In this document: one piece after another, positions 39,692-52,585 of the stretch
Position numbering within the stretch: the first letter of the stretch is position 1
Layout: each line of letters starts with the position of its first letter
Assembly: GCA_030264375.1 (NCBI GenBank)
Contig: JASCQW010000099.1
Coordinates: 57,775,873 to 57,837,183 of the forward strand
Direction of reading: 5' to 3'
Length of the DNA stretch: 61,311 nucleotides
Origin: Carcharhinus longimanus
Taxonomy: Eukaryota
Made by a program: the position numbers and the translations under genes
The notes under the pieces: model-generated
What the model was told of the DNA's origin: nothing
What the model saw: the letters and a program-made list of their open reading frames with translations, nothing else
Databases searched by the model: none

Positions 39692-39918
39692 CCTGGCAGA
39701 GTGGAGGAGATCACTCAGCCTTTTCCTGCACTGTGCTGTGCTTCGGATGTGGATGGCAGTTGCGCTGACTTCCTAGGCATTGCCCTCCCAAGCTGGAGGT
39801 GGGACATTTTGGTGCTTCTCGGAGCCATCTTGACACTAAAGGGCTTGTCTCTGCGACTGGACTAATGAATCAAGGCCTAGAGGGCTTCGTGGTTAAAACT
39901 GGCGGCTGCCTTCTTCAT
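39692..39918 (-). pseudogene. Decayed Myb/SANT-like exon of a PIF/Harbinger transposon
   Basis: MKKAAASFNHEAL*ALI.../PAWEGNA*EVSATAIHIRSTAQCRKRLSDLLHSAR, then a GTAGGT donor; stops and a frameshift are present. Confidence 0.75.
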
Positions 39919-40967
39919 GAAGCTGGGAGCCCACTGTTTCTGGCTGGATATTATCTATATCAATGGGCTGTAGAGATGGAGATAGAGATATGTGTTGGAC
40001 TGGCGTTTAAATATGGAGCCTGGACCTTCAAAACTGGCAGCTAGCAGCAGACGTACAAATCAGCTTCTGATCTGCCAGGTAATTCAGAGAGATACCCGCC
40101 TGTGTATAATGAGGTTTTAAGCACGCAATCGGGCTCAATCTCCCCGCCATTCGAACCAGCAGGAACAGCACCACGGAAACCAACCATCACCGCACTTAGA
40201 AACGGGAATTCTGCCCATTTTTCTGGACAGCTTTATCATTTTGCCCCCGCACTTCACGAGATAAGTTTCTCTGCCCCTCACATTCTTTTAAAAATGTTAC
40301 CACGCGCTCACACACTGTGCATTTTGGGAGAGGACAATCACGCCATGCGACGGTGCCGAAGCAAGACACGGTTTTGCAGCTCTCGTGATATTTTCCGCCC
40401 CCATCGCTGAACCCGCCTGACATGAATTGGGCGCCGGGGTGGGCGCGGCGGGGGGGGGCGGGGGAGGGGGGCGGAAAATCCTAAACAGTGTGTTCTCCGT
40501 CAGTGAGAATCTCACTGAGCAATGAGCTTCGATAAAATGTAGAGTTTGTTCTTTGTGCATTATTTGCTTTAGAGCGACCGATTTAGTTGATCACAATGTG
40601 TACCTTTCCTTTGGGTCGGGCATATTAAATTCAGGACTGGCAAGGCTGAAGAACACTCCACAGAAATAAACAAAACCAATTTCTTCACGTCCTGTTTTGG
40701 TGACAGCTGCTGGCTAGGCCTCATCCAGAAACCAGCGGAGATACTGATTGTTTCAAATACAGAAACCTACAGCCTCTTTTTTTTAAACAGAACATTCTTC
40801 TAAATGGTACCCAATTCACATGTTATCTTCATATAACTGATTTTAGCAAAAACAAGTTTAGAAACTTCTGGAAACCAGGGAAATGGAACCAATCTTGAAT
40901 GTGGTGTGGCATTGATAGTCCCTCCTTAGATACAGCTCACTCAATCCCAGTACTGGGCAAATATACT

Positions 40968-41081
40968 GGGCAGGGTTTTAAGGCCTTGCCCAAGCAAGAC
41001 CAGAAACTCCTGCCTGAGGTCAACAAATACTTCCATTGTCCACCCCTCACCTGTGGCAGGCAAGGCTGTAGAATTCCAACG
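40968..41081. mobile_element. MITE-like element (120-bp family)
   Basis: gggcagggtttta...tagaattccaacg; interior cctgaggtcaac shared with the family. Confidence 0.6.
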
Positions 41082-41231
41082 CTCAAATCCAAGACTTAGA
41101 TCCTGAATCCTGTAGATAAAAAAATCATTAAAAGACACAAAAGGCAATTGAGTGGACAAATGTAACAATCTTATCCTGCAATTTTTAAAAACATTTTTGA
41201 TTAAACCCTTATTTTGAACATGGGGGGGAAT

Positions 41232-42035
41232 GAGGTGATCTTACTGTCACGTTGCACCAGCTGATGGGCAGGGTGAACTGATAAGATCGCGGGAGAGCTG
41301 AGAAATCAGGTCGGTGCCAGATTTCTTGCCTCTTGCGATCTGACTGGCAGCAAATATCTGGCCTGATCAGTCTCGGGCCTGAAAGGTTTATTTAAATAGA
41401 ATCAGTGAGCCTGGGACAGAATCATTCGGTCTCACTTGCCTCTCTGGCCTCGCCGGGGAAGGTTCTCCCTGGGTGAGCATCATGTATGGTGCCCCATCAA
41501 CGGGGATCTGATGTGCTAGCCTTGCCGGTAGAACCGGAGACCACAGAGCCCCCTCACTCTCCACCCCGTAGCTTGGGGGCAGGGGAGTACCCCTTGGGCA
41601 GTGCCAGCCTGCCATCCTGGCATTCCAATTGGGCACTGGGTATGCCAAGGAGGTTGTGGCCTGACGGGGTGTGGCTTCAGGGGGCAGGGCCAGACCAGGC
41701 CATGGCGTCGCGGGGGGGCCCCGCGGCCGACCCGCCAGCCGCGATGCGCGGCGGGGGGGGGGGGGATCTGCTGGGGTCCTGGTTGGCCGCTGTGCCCCCC
41801 GATAGTGTGTGGGGGAAGGGGGTCGCCAGGTGGGTGGTGGTGCTGGGCCACAGTGGCTGGCTAACAGCAGCAGAGGCAGTGATACCCACTCCCCCTGCTG
41901 GTGGATTTCAAGTTTGTCGAGTTTTTTTGCCACTGCGGTAGATATTCAATTTTTAAGTCACCCAAAAAAACGGTGCAAATTTCTCTCATTTTCACACTCG
42001 TTTGGCACTCAGAATTGTCTTGGTAAGATCCCCCC
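41232..42035. mobile_element. About 800-bp GC-rich non-autonomous TIR element
   Basis: Termini gaggtgatcttac / gtaagatccccc; related ends at 26445, about 37683 and about 45601. Confidence 0.6.
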
Positions 42036-42322
42036 TGCACCTACCCCGGAAGTTTCAGCATCTGACAAACAATGATAACTCAAAAATGTCCATGTAACAC
42101 TTTGCAGAAAATACTTTAAGACCAGTGATTTGTACTTCTAACTGGCTACTGGTCAGATTGTGCAGTGGTAGGGTGATGGGTTCATACAGGTGCTATCCTT
42201 TGTACATATGGATATAGAGATATATAATGGGAAAGATTTAGACAAATTGGGGTGAAAATAGTGATAACATGGAGTAAGGTTTCTTAGAAAATGCATGTGC
42301 AGATTAATAGATTAAAACTCAG

Positions 42323-43128
42323 TGTGGCATTGGTGTACCTTTAAGAAAGATTTTTTAAAAATCATGATCTCTGAAGCTCTCACAGCCTCAGTGTTTCTCA
42401 TTGCTGCCAAACTGGCTGCCACGTGTCCTTTTATTGTTCATCAAGTGGCTTAAAAGGGGCCTCAGGTACTTTCTGAGATTAGTTTTCTAACCCTGCATTG
42501 TTAGGAGGAAAATTGGTTGGCAGGTCAGTTGACAGGAGCTCTACCATTTTCAGTTCTAAGCTGCATGTTTTGAGTTTTAGACGAGACAGCAAGCTGAAAA
42601 GAAATGTTTCTCTCCCTGTTTTATTTAGAAATTCTGCTGGTTATCTGAAAGCAAGATCTTGCCTTTCTGAAGGGAAGAATCTGCTGCTGGTGATTTGCCT
42701 AGAGTCTCCCTGTGGTTCTGGGAAGCTGTTCTGATTTCAAACTGTTCTGAGTCTATCAAGGAAACTGTAGAATTCATCCAAAGGACTCAATTCTAGTATC
42801 ATATAAGCATTAGTCTTTGCTGTGTCAAACCTGTTGTTTATGGGATTGGTTTTGATTAAAATATCTTGGATATATATTTGTTGAGGGTTATACATTATTA
42901 TGGTTACTTTGTTTTTTGTTTGTAATTGATAGAAGTTCTTGCTAATTTTATTATACATGCTAACTATATCCTTAATTAAATTTTGTTTGGTAAAAGCTCC
43001 CTAGTGGTCATTTGAATCATACCTGAAGTCAAACATGTCATGCACATCCTAGTCAAATTCAAGTGCAAAACCTATGATTCAGACAGGCTCCATAAAACAC
43101 TTTGAAGTTTCTGACTTGTGCCATAGCA
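42323..43128 (+). mobile_element. Solo LTR
   Basis: Begins TG, ends CA, flanked by the 4-bp direct repeat TCAG (42319-42322, 43129-43132); attaaa near 42975; strand tentative. Confidence 0.7.
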
Positions 43129-43584
43129 TCAGTGAATGAATGAGATCTGTTCAATCTACTCTTACTGAAAAGTTTAAACGTACATGTGCCGACTGTTAGA
43201 ATGTAACCGGTGACAAGTTTGTATTGGATGTAATGTGACCAATGGGAGCAAGATGTAAGGGTCAGCTGACTCAATAAAACCACGGAAACAATTACAGAAT
43301 GATATAATAGTCCGCCGACCAGCCGATTCATTATAAAAGGAAACCATGTAGAATTTATGGGAAGCTTGGAGGAGCCCAGGGCGAGGCCCCAAGTTTGGAG
43401 TAATGATGTTTCTTTACTAAGCCTGTTCTTTGATTTATAAGTCGGAGTAAGTTTTGTTGTATAATCTGTATTTTGAGAAGTTCCTTCTGAGGAAACAATG
43501 ACAATAGATGACAATTGTATGATTTTATGACATGCGTTAACCATATTGCTTCCACATTAGTGTCCAATAGTTGCATTTTTAAAC

Positions 43585-44240
43585 ATACAAATTAGGAGCA
43601 GGGTACTCCACTCAGGCCTTTGAGCCTGCTCTGCCATTCAATAGGATCATGACGGACCTGTTTGTAACCTCAACGCCACATTCCTTTCACCTCCAATAAC
43701 TTTTCACCTCCTTGTTAATGAAGAACTCACTTAGCTCTGCCTTAGAAATATTCAAAGATTCTGCTTCCACTGCCTTTTCAGGCAGAGAATTCCAGAGACT
43801 CACGAGAGAAAACATTGCTCCTCATCTCCATCTTAAAGCAGCAATCCCGTATTTTTAAAAGTGACCCCATAATTCTAGATTCTCCGACGAAAGGAAACAT
43901 CTGCTCTGACCCCCATTTAGTCAAAACTCTTCAGGATCTTAAAGGTTTTGATAAGTCGCCATTTACTGTTCCAAACTCCAGTGGATACAAACCTAGCCTC
44001 TCCATCCTTTCCTGGACAACCCACCCATTCCTGGTATTAGTCTAGTAAACTCTCCATGAATTAATGCATTTACATATTTTCTTTGACAAAGAGACCAGTA
44101 TTGTACTCAATACTCCAGATGTGGTCTCACCAATGCCCTTTACAACCTCTCTTCTTTTGGAAGAAATACTCCTCACAACAAATGATAAAATTCTATTAGA
44201 TTTTCTAATTGATTTCCTAGTTAGTTTGAAGCTTCTCTTG
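43585..44240 (-). mobile_element. CR1 LINE 3' fragment
   Basis: Colinear with 7692-8460; IRKSNRILSFVVRSISSKRREV. Confidence 0.85.
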
Positions 44241-45939
44241 TTCATGATATTTTGATATTCTCCCCCCCTAGTTTGTAGCCATTTAGGCTCTCTCAGGACT
44301 CCACACCAACAGCAATACTCGATGTATTGTGCATTACTATTGTTTAAATCATGAAGCGTAATAACGTCTCATCCGGCCCACATCTAAAGGTGGCACAGTT
44401 ACTAAAAAGAAACTCAAAAATGCATTCCGACTACCCAAAAGGCTGAGTTCTCCTTCAGATTAATGGAACTCCTTTTTCATTCTTCTATAAAACTGCCCAT
44501 AGAAACAGGCCTAATGAAAACCAGGCCGGGCAGCTTAAATCAACAATCCGAACTGATAATTATCTGTGAAGGATGGAGATAGAAAACTGAACACAAGTCA
44601 GGAGAAATAACACTGGAATATAGTCACGGGGAGAGAGGGAAAGCAATAATGTCATAAATAGAGAGGAAGAATGACACCAGAGAGTGCAATAGGTTATGGA
44701 ATAGAAATTTATTGAGTAAAATGGTTGCTGCCTGCCATGGCTTGTATCTTTGATTCATGTCTGAGGTTCCTGAACATTCGGTGCCGCACTACAGCTGTTC
44801 GGCAGCTTGAGTAGAAAAGACAAGGCCAGACCACCATCGTGTTAGAGACAGTGTGCGCAGTATTGGATTTCACCGAGTCTTCCTCTGAAATATCTGAAAA
44901 AGATGTACTGCATCTGGTCCCAACTAGGTAGGTGTAAGTTGAGGACCCCTGGCAGACAGGACGGAATCATTCTCAAGGGACTTCGAGACAGCAGATTTAG
45001 ATTAAGTTTCATATTTGATAAAGACCTGGGTGTAATGTGAAAAGCGTTTTATGTCCTGTTTAGGAAACTCAGAATTGCTTGGAAGCTGGTGTAGAAAAAC
45101 TGACTGGGGGCGATTCTCCCAGCACACTGCATTGTCATGGGGGAGGGGGGGGGGTTTGCTGCTGGCCATGGAATGTTAGCGATTGGGGCTGGGTGGGGGA
45201 AGGAGGAGGTCGGGTAGGCTGCCGATCAGGTGGGGGTGGTGGTTGGGTAGACTGGGGATTCGATGGAGGGGGGTCGGTTAGGCTGGCAGTGGGGAGGGTG
45301 TGGTTTGGGAAGCCATCAGGAGGCCGATGATTAGGAGCCAGGAGACAGGGGAGCCAATGTGCACGCGCTGATCTGGCCAATCACGGATCAGTGCATGTAC
45401 AGCCGTCTGCTCAGTCCACTGATTTTGGCCCCTCCTGCAGGATGAGGCCCCCCCCTCCCCAACCTCTTACCAGCATGCGTTCCCCTGCAACCTGAATGCT
45501 GGAGATCCGTGAAACTAAATACGTCCAAAGAACTGGTGGAAAAATCTCCCATTTTCTGACCTGCTGGGCACTTAATGTTTGTTTGGGCAAGAATCCCAGC
45601 CAGTATATTTGTAACGATGAGGTATCTCAGTCTTGTAACCAGGATAATTGTAGACTAATCTGACACAACTTTGAAAATGGGATGTTTGCGGTATTAATCC
45701 AAAATGCATCTGTTTGAGTTGCAAATAAAATTTCCGAAGTGATGTCCATTTAACTGTTAACATAAATTGTAAATAAAGACTCAAACATTGAGAAAGGTTG
45801 AGTTTAAACTGCAAAATGCATTGACCCCAATATGTTTGGGAATAAGATCCTGGTAATTACTTTAAACTCTGGCTTACTGCTAGCCTTCGGTGTGGACTCC
45901 GTCAGAGTTTCTCCTCTGTTCACGGAATTTGGCAAGGTC

Positions 45940-46445
45940 AACATTTATCACCTATTACTAATTGCCATAGAGAAGTTGTAGATATGTTGACCATGCTGTT
46001 ATGAAGGGAGTAGCAGGAAATTGACACAGCTACAGTGAAAGAACATTGATATAGTTCCAAGTCAGGATGGTATGTAACTTGGAGAGGAACTTCCAGGTCG
46101 TGGTGTTTCCATGTATCTGCTGCACTTGTCTTTCTAGGCAGTAGAGGCCATGGGTTTAAAATGTGCAGCCAAAGGTGCCTTGGTGAGTTGCTGCAGTGCA
46201 GCTTGTTGGAGGAGCACACTGCTGCCATTGTGCGCTGGTGCGGAGAGAGTAAATATAGGTGGGGTACCGATCCAGTTGGTTAACTTTGTCCTGGTTGGTG
46301 TTGAGCTGCTTGACTAGAGCTGCACTGATCCAGACAAGTGGAGGTTATTCTATCACACTGAGTTATCCCTTGTAGATGGTGGATAGGCTGAGCGTAGTCA
46401 GGAGGTGAGTTGCTCACCTCAAAATTCCCAACATCTGACCTGCTT
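45940..46445 (-). mobile_element. CR1/L2-group LINE 3' fragment
   Basis: Colinear with about 2200-2690. Confidence 0.8.
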
Positions 46446-48894
46446 TTATTGAAGTGGCTAATTTTCTAGCTGTTTTCTGCTGCACCTTTGAAACAGACGA
46501 GTGCATGTTGTGGCTATTTCTGAGGGAAAATAACATTTAAATCATCGAACTGATTTTAAGCCTCTCATTTTTCTGAATGTTTCCCACCCCTGGAGTTAAT
46601 TAGCTTTAAGTGGTGCTACAGGGGGTAAATTTTGCAAAGTTCTGCTTCCATTGTGGAGTCCCGCCTGATGGACATGCCCTGTGGTGGATGAGTACTGCTG
46701 AGTACAGAACAGCTGACGGTTTTTGATTGGCTGGCAGATCTTGTCCAGTGGAACCTTTGCCCCTGGGGCCCTTGGGCCCGGAGATCCTGCCCCTTTTCCC
46801 AGCTGGCCTGCCAAGTGCCTGAGTGGCAATTAATTTGGCGGGCTTTCTCTGAAAGAGGCGACTTGGGACTCCTATTGATTTTCCAACAAACTGCTGAGAT
46901 CCCATTGCCTCCATTAAATCCAGCCTAGTAACAACAAATCAACTGGCCTATGCAGGGTGTCTCAGAGGGATGAATTGGCTTAAGGTATCTCAGTGTGCTG
47001 GATGTTTGAAAATGGCACTATTCATATAGTCACATCTCACACAAGTGACTTTGTGAACTTGTTGAACCTTGATGAGAGCTACAACACGATGTCTGTTTTG
47101 GGCATATGTGATTGAAACATAGAAATGACTGAGGCCTTTTAGCCCACCTTTAACCAAGGCTAATTCCTCAACTGAAGCTATCTACACGAATGTCTAAAAT
47201 ACTTCCTGGAATTTTCCTTTCCAGTGAATTTCAAATTGAGAAAATATTTGCAATTATTATTAACAAAACATTTTAAAATGAAAAGTGCTTGTGGGCCATT
47301 TGCCCGACCGTGTATAACATGGAGGCTATTAATCAAAGAACAGAAGGATTTAAGCTGTGTCTACAGCATGAAGCTAGCTATCTAAAATCAGTCTCTGTAA
47401 AAAAAAAAATCCACTTATATTCATACCCACATGCACACACACACATATATATAAATATATTTATTGATATAAGATATAGAACTAATTTTCAATTAACCCC
47501 ATATCCTGCTGAATAAATAACCCTTATATATGAGAAGGCAAAACAATTTTACTTTGAGGGTTAAGTTTGTTTGTACACAGGATAAACAAGCATCTGTTAT
47601 ATATTCAAGATGGTGATCACAAGATTCTGAGCTCAGCTCTTAGTCAAAACCTGGCTCTGGTTATTTGCTCCCCTTAGTAGTAATGCTGATGCACGTTCTC
47701 AGGATGTGTGCGAGAGAGACCCACCAAAATGACTGGAGCCTTGTCCAACACCTACATAGTGGAAGCGTTGCTTCATCTTGTGTTTTGAAGACTATTCTCA
47801 GCAGGATCTTGGCACGGGTCCTTCCAGAACTGTTTTCTTTGGAAGAAGCTGCTCTTCCAAGGAGCTGAAAATGGATAAATGTTCAGCAGTCATGAAGCCA
47901 GATGATATGTGCCACATGCATTGCCGTGGGCCCCACAAGTGAAAAGGGAATTGTTGCGAGTTAGAAACTGAATCATTACTGATGATAACAGACTCTATCT
48001 TATTTTATTTATATTTCCCATACGTTTTGGTTGCCTCATCTAAAACTCTACTCCCCTTATCTGAACTCTCACCAATTCCATCAGTCCCGTGCTCACTGAT
48101 TGGGCAATGCCTTAATATTAAAATGTATTCTTTTAAATCGCTGTCTCTATGGAGCAGACTTGGCCAACCTTTCCGCGCCAGGGGCCACTTTTCATTTCTT
48201 CTTCCCACTCGAGGGATCCGCTGAGTAGATTTCTGGAGGGTAAGGTTTGGCACAACTTTAGACATGAATTTCAATAAAAATATTGAGGTAGGAAGAAAAG
48301 AAACATCTTGCTGAGCAAAAATAAAGCTTTTTCAAAATAATAAATTAATCATTTAAAACACTAAGTAATTAATAAAGATGACCATTAGAGTGTGAGGGGG
48401 TCGAATTGTAATTTCCTGGCTCACTCTCAGGTTACTTGTCCATTCTCACCCACGACCACTGTGTGAGTCGCTGTGTGTGTATTGGTGTGTCAGAATTAGA
48501 GTAACCTCCGAGATTGGAAGCAAACAAAACCCTCACACTTTTGTTCACACACACATACTCACACTTGCTCCGAGAACCGGAGCAAGGCAATGCCTTGGAT
48601 TCACATCTGCAGCCACAGAAACAGAATATGTCCTTTTAATGAACATGCATGAAATGCTCATATATGCAAATTGGATTCCCACCGTTCGTCAGGAAGCTCG
48701 ATCCACCTTTAAGCCACCTTGAGAGTCAGGGGAACAGAATTTCAACAGTTTATCTTGCTGTCAGGAAACAGATTTTTTTGCCTCCCGCCATGATTCCTGC
48801 TGCTGGTGGGAGGGGAAAATTCCACCCTTTGTGTTTATAGATTGTTTTGTAACAAATGCTTGAAGTTTAAGGGAATAATTCCAAGTTTGAAATT

Positions 48895-49292
48895 GCACAA
48901 CACTAGCTTAAAGTCTAATAAGTTTATTTGGAATCACGGGCTTTCTGAGCACTGCCCCTTCATCGGATGAGTGGAGGTAGGTTTCACAAAACATGGCATA
49001 TATAGACAAAGACACAATTACAAGATAATTACAGATTAGAATATGAAGAATGGTGGGAAATCGGGTCTTTCCAGGTAATCAAGTCTTTACAGGTACAGAC
49101 AGTGCTCACACTGCAATCCAATCTATAATTTTTTTGTAATTGTGTCTGTCTATGTGTGCCCTATTTGTGAACCTACCTTTCCATTCTCCTGATGAAGGAG
49201 CAGTGCTCCGAAAGTTTGCAATTTCAAATAACCTGGTGTTGTGAGACTTCTTACTGTGACCATCCCAGTCCAATGCTGGCAACACTGCATCA
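48895..49292. mobile_element. Two inverted Penelope-like terminal repeats (family 1), each with a hammerhead motif
   Basis: About 48925-49040 is complementary to about 49120-49230; motifs at 48935-48969 (-) and 49186-49220 (+). Confidence 0.8.
49186..49220 (+). ncRNA. Minimal hammerhead motif, core intact, stem I decayed
   Basis: CUC-CUGAUGA-A-GGAGC-AGU-GCUCC-GAA-AGUU-U-GCA. Confidence 0.6.
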
Positions 49293-51189
49293 AGTTTGAA
49301 ATTAAAACAGAGTAAAATATTGTGATAAATTGCCACACTGGTGACTTCTTTTCTTTTGAAAGGTGAGGCCTGTCTGATCAAGGTCATCTCATCTCCTGGA
49401 ATATTTTGTGCCTACACACAACAGCTCTAAGGTACGATGAGTAAAATGGAACAGTATTATAGCCACCTATCTATAAAACTCGGCTTTGTTCCCAGTTCCA
49501 TGGAGCAGTGACAACACCATGAGAATGTTACACAGGACAGTGGTGACAGAGATCCTCCCCGAAATACTCAGACTGTTGCTATGTTGGCTCCAATATACAA
49601 CAGTCTCCCCTTACCTGGCTTCAGTATGTGGGAATGGCAGGAGGAGAAAGCCAAAGTATGTGTAGACTGAAAGAGTAGCGAAAATGGGGGTAAACTGAAG
49701 TAGTCATGGATAAGCTATGTCTTTTCTCATGGTGAGACCATTCTTCGTCCATCCAGAGTTATAAGAACATAAGAAATAGGAGCAGGAGTAGGCCATCTAG
49801 CCCTTCGAGCCTGCCCCGCCATTCAATAAGATCANNNNNNNNNNNNNNNNNNNNNNNNNNNNNNNNNNNNNNNNNNNNNNNNNNNNNNNNNNNNNNNNNN
49901 NNNNNNNNNNNNNNNNNNNNNNNNNNNNNNNNNNNNNNNNNNNNNNNNNNNNNNNNNNNNNNNNNNNNNNNNNNNNNNNNNNNNNNNNNNNNNNNNNNNN
50001 NNNNNNNNNNNNNNNNNNNNNNNNNNNNNNNNNNNNNNNNNNNNNNNNNNNNNNNNNNNNNNNNNNNNNNNNNNNNNNNNNNNNNNGTCGCCTGCTGCAT
50101 CCCTTTACTGCCGTTGCCTTTTTTCCTTAAAGAGGTACTCTTGCGTTTTCCTTACTGCCTCATTAGCACCCAGCTCCCTTGGTGGAGTTGCCAAGTCTCC
50201 AGAGCCGCTGGCCCCTGTGATATGGCTGGAAGTATCCTGAGCTTGTCTGCCGTCCTTAACTGGATGGTTAGCTTGAAGGTGGCCAGTTATGAGGCTGCCC
50301 TTGGGAGAATAGCTCATCTGCCTAGCTCCTGGCAAGGGCAGGCTCATCAACCCCAGACGTCAGAGTCACCAAGGCTGAGAGAAAATTCTGTCCTTTGATG
50401 GTGTGCTTTGGTTGTGGATAGAGTAAGTGGCATAGAGCGGAATTGTTTGCAGAGGCAGTGGCCCCACCGCACTGGCTGAACAGTCAGGGGTGGGCCTGCC
50501 TCAATTTGCAGAACCAGAAACCAATGATCAGCTTTCATGGCCTCCAGCTGCGAAGCGGCTCAGGTCATGGTTTCCATGCCCATCTGGGAGGATATCCAAC
50601 CAATCAGATGGCAGGCAGCTCTCCAATCAGAGCTGTGTCATCAGCAGCTGAGACTGCAGCCAATCCCCTGCAGCGGGAGCTGCCTGGAGACCGAACTGCA
50701 GGGTAAATGGGATGGTTTTGCTGGAACTAGTCAAGCAGGCCCCAGTGAGGGTGGATAGGGGGTCAACAATAGGGGGACCAGGGGGATGGAGGCAAATCAA
50801 GCCCCGGGCGGTGATCATCACTGGGATGAGGGAGTCACATAGGGTGACCACAAAGCTGGAGGACACCCCCGTCACCTGTACAACTGAGACCATGGCAAGA
50901 CCACTATGGTTTTACCATGCCCAACCATCAGTAAAATATCAATGCAAAATGAGGAAGCCTAATTATTAGCTAATTAATTGGCCACCTTGGGCCCTTGATT
51001 GGCCAACGGCAAAAGGATCAGCCAACACCTATCCTGCCATTGTAAAGAGACAAGCAGGAATTGGGCCTTATGCTGTTGCCATGACACCTGCCATCCTCCT
51101 TCCAGAAGTGTGTAAAATTCCAGCCTTGAGATTGATAGAAATTTCCCACCACACGATATTTCTGTGTTTGAAATACAGATGATATTTGT

Positions 51190-51478
51190 TTATTTATTTA
51201 TTTATTAGTGTCACAAGTAGGCTGACATTAACACTGCAATGAGGTTACTATGAAAATCCTCTAGTCGCCACACTCTGGCGCCTGTTCGGGTACACTGAGG
51301 GAGAATTTAGTACGGCCAACGTACCGAACCAGCATGTCTTTCAGACTGTGGGAGGAAACGGGAGCACCCGAAGGAAACCCGTGCAGACATGGGGAGAACG
51401 CACAGACGGTGCCCCAAACCAGGAATCGAACCTGGGTCCCTGGCATTGTGAGGTAGCAGAGCTAACTACTGTGCCACC
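51190..51478 (-). mobile_element. tRNA-derived SINE (tail B)
   Basis: Reverse-complement match to 16863-17163. Confidence 0.9.
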
Positions 51479-51559
51479 CAATAAATATTGTATTTATATG
51501 TCATATTTGGTGTTGCTTCTCTTTCTGCACCTAGTGGTGCATAAGGCAGGCTTTCATCT

Positions 51560-51810
51560 GTTCCCATAGCAAGCTGTTTATTTTTTCCCTTGGAACAGGA
51601 ATGCCACTCCACATCAAGCATGGCTAACCAGGAGTCTCTCCTGCTCTTGCTATCTGCCTTTGGCATATGTTGGAAGGATTTAGCAAGTTGGTACCCAACC
51701 TGTTTGACATTATTAACACACCTTCCTTGGCCATCAAGTCCTGGGGTGGGACTCGAACCCGAACTTTGGCACAGAAACAGGGACAATGCCGATTGTGTCA
51801 GAAGACCTTC
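51560..51810 (-). mobile_element. Different tRNA-derived SINE-like element
   Basis: B-box rc gggttcgagtccc at about 51748-51761; body unlike the other SINEs. Confidence 0.5.
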
Positions 51811-51892
51811 TACATTTTATATTCCCCTGAATAAGATGATTATGAGCATGTGATTGCCTGAAATCGTCCTCACCACTCATTATCAAGATAAT

Positions 51893-52019
51893 GGGTGGGA
51901 TTTTACAGCCTCACTTGTCCCGAAAATATAAAATTCTGCCTGACATCAACAGGCCTTTCCATGGTTGGCCCCTTGCTCACTCTGGTTCCCGTCACAGTCA
52001 GCTCGGTAAAATTCTAGCC
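51893..52019. mobile_element. MITE-like element with 3-bp TSD
   Basis: Imperfect TIR gggtgggattttac / gtaaaattctagcc; AAT on both sides (51890-51892, 52020-52022). Confidence 0.7.
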
Positions 52020-52149
52020 AATGTGTACATAAACGTTTCTCACAAAATTTTACTGTATACTGAATCACTGGACCTGGCCCTTGCTGCTTGGATAACACTA
52101 CACATATAATCCCAATTCTGTGTCCTCTACCCCTTTAGAATTCTCCCTT

Positions 52150-52585
52150 TGCCATGTGATGGCACAGCAGTCAGCACTGTTGCCTTGCAGCACCAAGGAC
52201 CCAGTTCGATTCCTGGCTTGGGTCACTGTCTATNNNNNNNNNNNNNNNNNNNNNNNNNNNNNNNNNNNNNNNNNNNNNNNNNNNNNNNNNNNNNNNNNNN
52301 NNNNNNNNNNNNNNNNNNNNNNNNNNNNNNNNNCTGGCTTGGGTCACTGTCTATGTGACGTTTGCATATTCCCCCTGTGTCTGTGTGGGTTTGCTCTGGT
52401 TTCTTCTCACGGTCCAAAGACGTGCGGGTTCAATGGATTGGCCATGCCAAATTGCCCCTTAGAGTCAGCAGGATGAGCGAGGGTAAATGCATGGTGTTCT
52501 GAGGATAGGGCCTGAGTGGGATTGTGGTTGATTCAAACTTGATGGGCTGAATGTCCTCCTCTATACTGTATGATTCTATGAATCT
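52150..52585 (+). mobile_element. tRNA-derived SINE (tail A) spanning a gap
   Basis: Head and tail match 11159-11478. Confidence 0.85.

Noticed and set aside
41388-41941. Overlapping Pro/Gly-rich ORFs on both strands
   Set aside because: Stop-poor GC-rich repeat interior
43059-43544. 161-aa minus-strand ORF
   Set aside because: No recognisable domain; ends inside the LTR
52214-52354. Duplicated 20-mer flanking a 100-N gap
   Set aside because: Contig overlap within a single SINE
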